DNA of 64,000 nucleotides. It comes from Patellaria atrata CBS 101060. Lineage: Eukaryota. Location: positions 1,339,550-1,403,549 of the forward strand of contig MU006094.1 of the NCBI GenBank assembly GCA_010093705.1, read 5' to 3'. The translations under genes were made by a program, and so were the position numbers. The notes below the pieces were generated by a model, which saw only the letters and a program-made list of their open reading frames with translations, was not told where the DNA came from and made no database searches. Positions 26,655 to 37,028 of the stretch are shown here, in pieces. The number at the start of each line of letters is the position of its first letter. Position 1 is the stretch's first letter.

Positions 26655-27336
26655 CTACGCCTTTGCCGATGCGCGGACCTTTGCCAGAGACTTTTGAACT
26701 TCGAAGCGGGCCTATTTTTGTAAAGTTAGCAACCGTGGCAAGCTATCTCTCTAGTATTCTTTTGGCGCCGATAACATAGAGAATGTCGTCCTCTCTTAAT
26801 CTCCACTAATTTTGCCATCCGCGATGCACCCATCCAGTACCTCCTACGAGGGGTAAAAGACTAAATGCCTACCTGCTTCCTCAACCTCAACAGCTTGAAC
26901 CTTTCAAAGTCGTTCAATTGCCGTCTCTTTTCGCTCTTCGCCCTTGACTTGGCCCAGGAGGTATTGCTGAAGGCCTCATCGACCTTTGCCTTCTCCCAAA
27001 GCCCCTTTACAGTTGACTGGCCCGTCGCACGGGGGAGCTTGGGAATAACGATAGGTGTGAGTGTGACATTGGAGAGAGGAGAGGAGTGGCGCGGAACGAT
27101 CTTGTCCTTGTCTGAGGAAGGGCCATCGACGAGAACCTATATTGATGTTAGCCACAGCTACAACCATACTCGGACTCCCCTAAGAAGTTCGTTTGATCCG
27201 TCGAACGTACGCGCTTGTGATCGATGATTTCAACAATCGTCGCGAGCCGTCCAGCGTATGGACCGCTCGAGAAGAGAACAACACGGCCAACTTCGACCAG
27301 TCTCCATGAGCTTGCAGTGATCTCGGCGTCACCCAT
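26655..27336 (-). CDS. RPL14: 60S ribosomal protein L14 (eL14)
   Basis: [36 protein letters not shown] | [25 protein letters not shown] | [18 protein letters not shown]. There is an additional 5'-UTR intron at ~27406-27350. Confidence 0.96.
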
Positions 27337-27667
27337 TATGGTTGTGTTGCTGAGAGAGAATAATCAGTATCAGAACTCTTTATGTTCGTAACTTAGCACT
27401 ACTCACTTTGTTTGGGAGTAATTGGAGTAAACTGTAGATTGTCGCTGCCGTATCTTCTGGAATGGAGTTGCGGAATTCGCGTAGTCGGTTGTGTGCCGGG
27501 AAAAAGCCGGACGCCAAGCCCCTACCTTCAATTGCAGATGATTTTCTTCAGTTTCAACTTCAAGTCACCAACTTCAAACCGCCAGACCAGACAAACATTT
27601 CTTCGTCTGCGATTTTATGGTAAGTTCTGATGTACTTTTTTGAACTTCATCCTCCATTCTTTCCGAT

Positions 27668-27774
27668 TCTTATGATGTTATAATTTGCGATTGACTTCAA
27701 TGACCGGAATCTCTCGCCGGAGATTCTTAACGGCGTTGAAGCTATGAAATTCCATTCTTACATATTCTGACTCT
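27668..27774 (+). ncRNA. Box C/D snoRNA, snR87/U16(SNORD16)-like; predicted guide for the 18S Am436-equivalent
   Basis: Lies in intron 27620-27836. C box ATGATGT (27672); guide TAATTTGCG (27681-27689), complementary to 18S CGCAAAUUA; D' TTGA; internal hairpin CTTCAATG..GAATCTC-TCGCCG-GAGATTC..CGTTGAAG; D box CTGA (27767-27770). The 5' end closely resembles yeast snR87 as I recall it (AUGAUGAUAUAAUUUGCGAU). Confidence 0.85.
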
Positions 27775-27939
27775 TTTACAACTCAACGTCCACTCATCAA
27801 CTCGATGTTAAGGTCAAACAATCTAACTATCAATAGGATGCTCTATTGGATCTGTAAAGTCCCACTCGAAACTCCTACAATTGGATGTCCTTCGTAAGCA
27901 CAAATTTTATTTCCACCGCCCCGAACACCTAGCACCTTC

Positions 27940-28024
27940 GCCCAATGATTAAAATCTATAAGCACACTAGATAGTAACTGACCCTTCGGGGCATGATCCT
28001 CTTTACACCAAGATCACTGAGGGC
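27940..28024 (+). ncRNA. Box C/D snoRNA with two guides: 25S Um2347-equivalent (snR65-type) and 25S Cm1437-equivalent (U24-type)
   Basis: Lies in intron 27894-28083. Terminal stem GCCC/GGGC; C box ATGATTA (27945); guide CTAGATAGTA (27967-27976) before D' CTGA (27978); CCC-TTCG-GGG hairpin; C' ATGATCC; guide CACCAAGATC (28006-28015) before D CTGA (28017-28020). Confidence 0.88.
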
Positions 28025-28454
28025 TTATCACTGCAACCTCATATTCACTGGAAATGTCACATTTGCCTACTGACATTGTATAGATAATCATTATCCTACT
28101 CTAGCTACAGCTTCGACCATAACGTGTTCAATATATTCGAAAAAAGGTAGGTCGTGTTGCTGAGCTCGTTGGAACCTGTATTTGGGTGTCACTCCATGCC
28201 GATACACGATTGGAGGGCTCCGCGCTCATTTTTCGAAATGGAGGACTTCAAATTGTCCAGTGGCTATACCTCAATCTAGATAGCTACTGTCACATGTCAC
28301 TTGAGAACATTTTTCATCTTGTACACTACTACGAACATCATCAATGCCAAAATCATTCATCCAGCGAGAATACCATTCATCAAGCGCATGATGCGAAGAA
28401 TTGCTTTTTCAGAACTAACTTGTAGCTCAAACTAGGATTAGGCCTTTCGAGAGA

Positions 28455-29408
28455 ATGGATCTCACCCCAGTCCATATTAGGGGCAAAAAGCGTCCTCGGA
28501 CAAACGCCGATTCGGGTCAAAACACTATTAAGCGGAGCCGCGGTCGGCCTCCCAAGGCACCAAAGGCTGAACCGGCTTTGAAACTCTCAGGCACATCGTC
28601 CACTGTTCTATCGGCTTCCGAAAAGCTCCAAAAGCGTCGAAAACCCCGAAGACCGCTCTCTCGTCTAGAGCAGCTTCCCAACGAGATTATCCAAACCATC
28701 TTTCTTGAAAGTCAGAATGTTGACCTACCCGGTTGCTCCCCCCATCTTACACGTGTTCTGAACTCTGAGCATATGTATCTCGAGTTTTGCGTACAAACAT
28801 ATCTTAAGGAGGACGACGAGGACGGCCAATTTTGGTTCCCTATCTCGCGAGGGCTACCACAGCGTCGCTTCTTTACTTTCCAATTTTGGGGCAAGCTTGA
28901 AAATCGGCTAGTGAGCACAATTGAATTATTGAGGGCGAATGGCGACGACATTGAAGCTTTGAAGTATTGGGCTTATGAAATACCAGTGAAATTATTGTCC
29001 GGGCCATGGAAGACGAACGAAAGCCTAGACGAAGATCAGAACTTCAAATTTCTGAGCGATCTGCACCGAAAAAAACTCTGGCCTCCATTAGAAGGTAAAG
29101 GAGTTATGCAAGCAATGATACAGGGAATACGAAATGCTGTGATGTGTAACAATCAAAGGGTTTTTAATATCCTTATCAGTTTCGGTCTCCATTTTGACCT
29201 CTACGAAGGCACCAAAGATTTCACGGAGCTTATCAGATATGCCGTGATTGAATGTGGCTGCAACGAGGACATGGTTGGTCCATTATTGCGCCATAGTCCT
29301 GTAACTTTCGACTATATGGATCCGGAGCTCTGGGCCTGGGTCGAGAGAAACAAAGATACTGGAAATGGTAAAGGCGAATGGTTGATGGAGATATTAAGGC
29401 TAACCTAG
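28455..29408 (+). CDS. Hypothetical nuclear protein with an AT-hook-like motif, an F-box-like segment and a helical/ankyrin-like C-terminus; probable snoRNA host gene
   Basis: 317-aa ORF with basic NLS-like stretches, KRSRGRPPK (AT-hook core RGRP) and LSRLEQLPNEIIQTIF (F-box-like). A splice acceptor at 28425 lies 29 nt upstream of the ATG. Confidence 0.75.
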   Translation: MDLTPVHIRGKKRPRTNADSGQNTIKRSRGRPPKAPKAEPALKLSGTSSTVLSASEKLQKRRKPRRPLSRLEQLPNEIIQTIFLESQNVDLPGCSPHLTRVLNSEHMYLEFCVQTYLKEDDEDGQFWFPISRGLPQRRFFTFQFWGKLENRLVSTIELLRANGDDIEALKYWAYEIPVKLLSGPWKTNESLDEDQNFKFLSDLHRKKLWPPLEGKGVMQAMIQGIRNAVMCNNQRVFNILISFGLHFDLYEGTKDFTELIRYAVIECGCNEDMVGPLLRHSPVTFDYMDPELWAWVERNKDTGNGKGEWLMEILRLT

Positions 29409-31286
29409 GACTTGGAGATATGAGCAGCCTGTGATTGGGGTTAAATCAAAGGAGAAATCACTTCCTTAGGTTTGGACATTGGCCAGTTGGGGTGATGGAT
29501 GGTGGATAACCACTTTTTCACCATACGGTACTCTTCCAAAGACCCAGGAGTGTATCCCTTCCCTTGTCATAATTGGTATTTCTCAGATTTTGTACAGTAC
29601 ATACTGGCTGGCTGTTGAGTTTGAAGTATCATTCAGAAGACTGCCATCGATCGATATGGCTAGATCCTAATTGCAGTTGGGAGCCCTCTGTATGTCCTTA
29701 AGTCTCCCACATAGAAGTCAGTTCACCTTAGGACGGGAGACTACTCGAATTAAGATGTAAAATAACATTTGAGTTCTTTCTTTACAGTAGAACTAGAGTT
29801 GGAAATAGTGCAATGGTGGTACCTTAGCTTATTAGATTACCGGTGGGCGAGGAATATCTTGACAAGCTAAAGGGAAAGGATAACTACCTTATGCTACGGT
29901 ACTCATAAGGTACCCGTGACCGTGTATAGCACACACTTTGCCCTCCCGTCATCTCATGCCGTGTACCCGGACCCTCGATACTCAAAGAGCAAATTAAGTC
30001 ACACTCACCACCCAAACACCAGATCCGAGTTCCGACCCAGTCGTTGCATGCGGTAGTTCATCCAACGATCCATCATCTTTTCTAGAGCAAAACGTCAAGA
30101 CGAGCAATAGTTACGATCAAGGGATCATCGCGCATGTAGGTTCCCCTCATGCGGGTAACCGGAGCGAATGAGGTGAGAGGCGGGTTTACGCTACGGTTTT
30201 ATTCGCTAATTGGTGAGAGCCTGTCAGGTGGAGTTTGTTGTTGCATAATGCAGCTGAAGTGTCATTATGATTTGGAAGAATTTGGGGATACTGTTGTTGG
30301 AATAGAGAAGATAGTGAGAGCAGGAATAACGTAGGTAAGGTAGTGATATAGCTCCTGAGGTAGGAGCATGCTTCGGTTGGTGAAGGTGCGACTGAGTAAG
30401 GTAGATAACTACGCGGGGACGCGGGGAGGCGGGACGCTTTGCGACTAAATAAGTGCAGATAGACGACATCATATCTTGTATACGGAAGTCCGAGAGGGCA
30501 TTCTTCGAAAATCGGAATCTATATTTCTGTATTATGTGTCATTCGATGTTTGTAGAACAGAAGTAACAGTACGGTAAAGGGGTTGCCAATAATGCTGTTT
30601 TAAGACATCGTATTCTTATCGAGATATCGATCTGTATGAATTCGGTCTTGGTTGCTTCCGTTCTGGGAAGTTGTCGCGCGACATCATTTCTGTAAATTCA
30701 GTGAGAATTGATTACATGCGCTCGGCTCTTGCTCTGATTTGTGGGTGGAGGATTGCTAAGTGCTTGGTGGCCGCGCATTCCGATTTTAGCTCAACATTCA
30801 ACTTTCCCACGCTATCAACAAGCACCTCACATTAACTGTTTAACACCAACTTTTCCTGTCGTTTTCGAATCTACACCCTCCTTCACTCCTTCATCGTCCA
30901 TTCGCTCCAGGAACCCTCTCATACAACGGTTTCACCCGGGCGATGAAACTTTAGACGCTGTTTAACGCCCTGGCGACCTTCCAGGGTTGCTGCCAGCTCC
31001 GAACCGTGACGAATCTGTGCCGTACTCACAGCGACTGCTCAACGACCGTTGAGGACACAATTACTCTTGTACAGACGCGAGATACCAATCTCCGCCTCGT
31101 GACTTTCCCATTATATCCATCCTTCTTCTGTGCGGTGCTTCAGAGCATTCCTTAAACTATCTCGTTCGTTTTCGGCCACGACGCATAGCGGAGGTTGGTG
31201 AGCTTTCAAAGCTCTCCTCAACAATTAATCCCGGTCCTTTTCTTCAATTTTGACGACAAGAATCTACGATCGATAAAATAATCATA

Positions 31287-34179
31287 ATGGTATTTTCGGC
31301 AGCACGGTTTGCGTTTGTTCTTCTCTTCGCATTCCTTTCGTTTTTCCAATTGTCCCTTGCGAAAGAGAAAGACACATGGGTACAGGCATATGATGAATCT
31401 GGGAACCAAATATGGTTGAAAGATAACCGGAGACCTGCTCTCTTTACAGGTAACTTTGGGGACTGTATGGGGAGCAGTAGCATCAATGTTACTCGGTTCG
31501 ATGCTGCATATTATAAAGATAATATGACCGTGTCGTTCCATCTACAGGGAAATACTGCTCTGACAAATGAGTCTCTCATGAGTATGTCCCTTTCTCTTCC
31601 TCTCCTAACCGTTCACTGACCGGGAATAGTGTATATTGGCGTATACGCGTACGGCGAGAACCGTTTTGAGCTCACGTTCAATCCATGCAGCGCAAACATT
31701 GACAGGTATTTACGAATGGCAAGGACTCCCAGGATCATCACTAACAGGTTATAGCCTGTGTCCTACCAGAGAAGATGTCCCAATAGAAGCCAACGGTATC
31801 ATCCCAATCGCTAAATCGGATGTCGCCAACATCCCACCTATTGCACTCACAATCCCCGATTTCGAAGGAGAGGCTATTCTCCGGATCTTTGCCAATTCAA
31901 CCCAGCAACAAATAGGATGTTTCTCAGCCGTTGTCACCAACGGAGCCACATTCTCCCAGGTAGCTACAGTAGGAACTATTCTGGGATTATTCACAATCGT
32001 AGCAATCATCGCTTCATTCGCTACAGCTATTTACGGAAATAACATTCCTGAAATGCGTAAACACTACGCTCACAGTATGTCAGTCATGGTTGTTTTCGCC
32101 GTCTTCCACCATATTTTCTTCACTGGAGCACTATCCATGAATTGGCCCAGCGTACTTGTGGCATTCTGGAGCAATTATGCATGGAGCGCAGGCATGATTT
32201 ACACCTCAGGCATGCAAAACTCGATCAACAAATTCATTGGATCCAACATCGGAAATACATCATCCGTCGGAGCTGCTGGTGTAGGCTCTCAGAATCCCGA
32301 CCTTGGGGGTGGTTATGACATTCGTAAAATATACGCTCGAAATATCGACCCTCTGTTTCCAAACCATCGAGAGGTCATTCGAATGCATGCAGAGAAATTC
32401 CTTCGCAAGAGGGCTATCGCCAATTCTACTGATGGATTCAATTGGTATGGCAAACCCCTTCCGCTTGGTTTACCTCTGCCTGGTAATTTCTCTGGATTTG
32501 CCGGTACTCTTGCTCAACACGAAATTCCAGCCTCGAATGCTTTCTTGACTGGACTTATCTGGCTTGCCATCCTTATCGTCATTATTACCGGGTCTATAGC
32601 TACGTTCAAATTCATTCTTGAGGGCTTAATCCGTACGCGATTCGTCAAGAACGACCGTCTACTATTCTTCCGTAGCCACTGGCTCGGATACGTAGCTTTC
32701 GCTGTCCTACGTATTTGCTTCGTCGCTTTCTTTATGATGATGTTCCTTACCATGTTTCAGTTTACATACAGTGGTGGAGCGGGACCTCTAGCCATCGCAG
32801 CGATCGTGTTCATCCTTTTCTTCGTTGGAATGTTTGGCGTTGCTGCATATGCTTGTTATTACCCTATCAGATTCGGTGGTTACAAGTCCAAACCAGACCG
32901 TATAAACTTGGAAAGAAGGAGACTTTTAGGGGTCGTACCGTGGTACCGATTCGTCCGGGAAAGCCATCACCGTAGGGAGGACTCGACGATCTATGCTGGA
33001 TCTATTCCGTTCTTTAGCTTCACCCTTGCAGAAGGCGAAAATGAAAAGTCTATTCACGACGACGACGCATACACCAAGAAGTTCGGGTGGCTGGCATCCC
33101 GTTTTCGCCGTACACGATGGTGGTTCTTCAGCGCCTGGCTCTTCTACGAGTTCATCCGCGCCTGTTTCTTCGCCGGTGCATCTGGTCACCCCATGATTCA
33201 AGTCTTCGGTCTCCTCGTCGTCGAATTTCTCGCCTTTCTTGCCATTGTCGTCCTCCGTCCCTTTGAAGGCCAGCGTCTCAACGCTATCGTTGTCTACTTG
33301 CTTGGCTTTAGCAAAGTGGCCACTGTCGCCCTCTCCGCTGCCTTCGATAATGAGTTCCGCCTCGCTCGTATCCCCACCACCGCTATCGGCATCGTTATCA
33401 TCGTCATCCAAGGTATTTTAACCATTGTCCTCCTTATCGCTATCGCCCTCGGCGCCATTTCGAGCTATTGGTCCGTCATGCGCAACCGCGAGGTTGTTCA
33501 TCCGAGAGCCTGGATTCCACTGCGCGACCGCTATTTCAAACACCTGGATACTGTTGTAGCGGATGTCCCGCCTCCACCTCCACAGCCCGTCGTCCCGGAA
33601 GAGCCAAAGGAACCGTACTTCGCCGTGACGTCTATCCGCCGTGTTGCCAAGATCGAGGATGAAGATCCTGACCTTGCGATTGAATTAGGAAGTAGAAATG
33701 CTTCAAGATTATCACTTCCCTCTGGAGCAGCGGGTAATGAGGCCGGTAACAGACAGAGTAGAGCCAATAGTATCAGAAGCACGATTAGCTACCACAACGT
33801 CCCCTTCGGTGCACGTGTCCATCGCGCGAGTTGGAACTCCAGAGATTTCCCCAGCGGAGAACTGAGCGAGAGACCAGAGAGAAGGCGTACACTGACGTCG
33901 GGCACGGGACAGAGTGGGGAACCATTGTTGATGGAGCATGCGGAGGAATCGAGGAGTGAATCAAGGAGTAGGGAGAGTGGGTTGAGACATATGACATCTG
34001 CGGAAGAATTGGGGAAAATCGCAAAAGGGGGAGAGAAGCAGACGGAGGTGAATGTGGAAGAGGGGAGACCGAAAACACCAGGTAGGATGGGGAAGAGCTG
34101 GGGAAAGAGACCGGTTTTATCGACCGTGGAGAGTGAGGCGGAGATTTCGAAGGGAGAAGACAAGGATATCAAGATATAG
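31287..34179 (+). CDS. FLC/Pkd2-type TRP-like ion channel (ML-like TRP_N domain plus TRP transmembrane region)
   Basis: Signal peptide; DNRRPALFTGNFGDCMG..VTRFDAAYYKDN; introns 31582-31629 and 31706-31754; IALTIPDFEG..LRIFANST..IGCF; GALSMNWPSVLVAFWSNYAWSAGMI; multiple TM helices. Confidence 0.9.
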
Positions 34180-35273
34180 GACTCCCATAAAGAACAAGGA
34201 AAGTTTCAATCTCTGGGGTTAAGGAACGTTATAGAAGGATGAGAAAAAGGTAATTGGGAGGACACTCACGACTTAATGATGGGATATATGGCATATTGGC
34301 TATTACCTCCGCTTATCTCACAGCTTAAGGTAGCTTAAACTGGAGACGATGGCGGGAATGACGGTGCACACGACAGGCGTTTTATTTTTACTTTCTCTTT
34401 CACTATCTATAGGCATAGCTTAGATGCATTAACCGCGTCAGCGCAAGGCGCTTGGGCGTTTGGCTCGTTTATTAGCTGGGATACCTTAGTAGGACGGGTG
34501 TTATATAATTATCATCTTAAAACCTTATGATATGGTGGGCGATACAGTTTATAATGGCTATCAATGGATCTGGTTACATTATTTGACCTCTCGGATTATC
34601 GTTTATGTTTGGGTAGAAGTAGCGTCTAAAGGGAAGCTCTTCGATACTTGAAATTCACAGTAAATATAGTATTTGAAGATAAACCCGTAGAACGCTGGAT
34701 TTTCTGCGATAGGGATCTGACTGTCCGATGGGTTAATTGGCCCTCTTAAGTACTGATGACGAAGGGGAGGGTATATTCGGGAGATACCCGAAGTCCCTGG
34801 ACGGCTTCGGTAAGAGCACTATTTCCCGTAACTCACAGTAGAAGGATAGGGGGAAGGAAAGAGCAAGTTACACGATGATGTAGATGGTGTAGAGTGCGGA
34901 TTTCATTCTAACTCCCTGCCATAGGAAACTGAGTAGGAGACATCTATGGATCTGAACAGGGTAGATTGGTCTATTCGCCAGGGTGAAATCTATCAGTGGA
35001 GTATTTGCATTAACTGAGTCCGAGGGCGTGGGGGCAGAACCTCGACCTTCGTATCTCGAAGGGATTGTGATACTAGGAAGCAACCCATGAGACATATACC
35101 TGATCCTACATGACCGAGTAGCAGATACTGAAACCGTCTATCAGAAATTAAATACCTCCTGCATCTACTCAGCTTGTCTTAATTTTCCTCCTCCTCCTTC
35201 GAGAAAGACCGTAAAGAACAGGGATCAGTACCATCAACACCAAGAATAAAGCATACGGTCCGCGTACATCTAG

Positions 35274-36304
35274 TCACAACGACTCAACGGGCTTCTCTTC
35301 GTCACTGACCGGCGGTATCCTCTCGTTCAAATAGTTCTCCAGGTCGTCGATCTCGTCAGGGTCCGCGGAATGTGGGAGGCCCCTGGTGATGGCGTCAATT
35401 CTATATACACCGAACACTCCACGAGACCTCAACTTACGGATACGTCTTGAAATCAACATTCCAACCCCAGTCCTTTAGCGTGTCTGCGGTTAACTTGCCC
35501 CACCTATACTGCACCACCTCGTCCTGGTCACCATGTCCCATGAATATCGGCGTCTCCTTGTTCGGATTGTCCTCCGGAACCATCTCCCTCATCTTGCCCT
35601 GTAACAGGAGGTAAGAACTCAGACCGAATATTCCCCCGAGCTTTTGGGGACAGGTTAAGCCAGATATGAGAGACATAGCGCCGCCTTGCGAGAAGCCGCC
35701 TACGACGATTCTTTCCGACGGGATGCCATTGGAGGTTTCTTGGGAAATGAGGGAGTGGAAGTACTCCCGGGATTTAAGGATCCCGACCTCATCTTCGCGG
35801 CGGTTGATATCTCCTAAGGACAACTGGAGGAATGGTAAATCAGATGGACGGGCGTGGAAATGTGAAGGGAGAGAAGAAGAAGAGAGGACGTACTATGTCA
35901 TACCAACCTGGCATCGACATGCCGCCATTCTAAGGTATATGTTAGTTTCGGCGCATAGGGAAAGGATATAAGGATAGAATTACCAGCGTGATGGGGATAG
36001 AAGGCGCATTGGGGAAGATGAACTTGACTTGTTCGAACTTCCCCCGTCGACGCCAATTCTCTGCTAACCATATCCTAGAGCCATAGTCTCAGTATAACTG
36101 TATTGTTGTTGCTTAAACCACAATGCGGGGTTTGGTGGACGCGAACCAACCGATTCCACTGTATGCGAAGTCAGCTTGAGCGATTGAGCGGAGGAGAGGA
36201 GGAATATAAGGCTGAATATATATATACCTGTCTCCCAAGCCATGCGCGACTATAACGGTGGCAGTATGCCTCTTGAGTGCAGGGACTACCAATGCTTTGG
36301 ACAT
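35274..36304 (-). CDS. Acyl-protein thioesterase 1 / lysophospholipase (alpha/beta hydrolase)
   Basis: Multi-exon. HTATVIVAHGLGD; VKFIFPNAPSIPIT; GMSMPGWYDI; GGFSQGG nucleophile motif; FMGHGDQD; GLPHSADPDEIDDLENYL, giving a Ser-Asp-His triad. Confidence 0.92.
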
Positions 36305-36499
36305 GTCGACAAGGGACGGAAGAAGGAAGGTGGGGACAAGAAAGGATTTATGAAGGATGGTATGGGTAGGGATAACAATAAAGAGATGCCAAGTGGAGTA
36401 ACAAAAAAGCAATTAAGAGTCCCAGTTGGGAAGATTAAGGGGTAGAGGAGGGGGTTGAGGGCTTAAAAGCAATTTAGTGGGGACATGTTTGGGGCGTTT

Positions 36500-36599
36500 N
36501 NNNNNNNNNNNNNNNNNNNNNNNNNNNNNNNNNNNNNNNNNNNNNNNNNNNNNNNNNNNNNNNNNNNNNNNNNNNNNNNNNNNNNNNNNNNNNNNNNNN
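36500..36599. other. Assembly gap (100 N)
   Basis: Run of N. Confidence 1.
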
Positions 36600-37028
36600 T
36601 GGTACCGGGACGATGGGTGCGTTCTCGCCTGGTGATCGGTGCTTCTAATACAACTCCGAACGCTTGGGCCGACATGTCACAGACTAAAAGGGATCGTACT
36701 CTTTACTCCTAATGAGACGTCATGGATTGTGACTGATCTCTTCAACTTCATCCTCAATTCCTTCCTGCTCTCATCTTACTTCATCCCTCTTGAACTCTAA
36801 TCACAAATGCCAGAGCTTCTTTACTGGCTTTAAGCACTCTTTATAGTCATTTTGCTTGATATATTGATCATCTATTCCTCTTCTCGGCATTGCCACACTC
36901 AAGAATATTAATAGTGTTAACAACGATTCATCTACAGAGTCTTAGAGTTCAATTCGCCTTTCGAGGTATCCTTCTTAACATATCAATTATATTGCAGGCC
37001 TCTTTCCATCCCTAAGGCTACTTGCATA

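Noticed and set aside
26713..26872. Long last intron of RPL14 (and the first introns of ATP7 and EGD2) as snoRNA hosts
   Set aside because: I found no C/D box pair or recognisable rRNA antisense element on the sense strand.
34754..34815. CTGATGA followed by two small hairpins, resembling a hammerhead core or C box
   Set aside because: There is no stem II plus GAAA or cleavage triplet arrangement, and no nearby D box with an rRNA guide.
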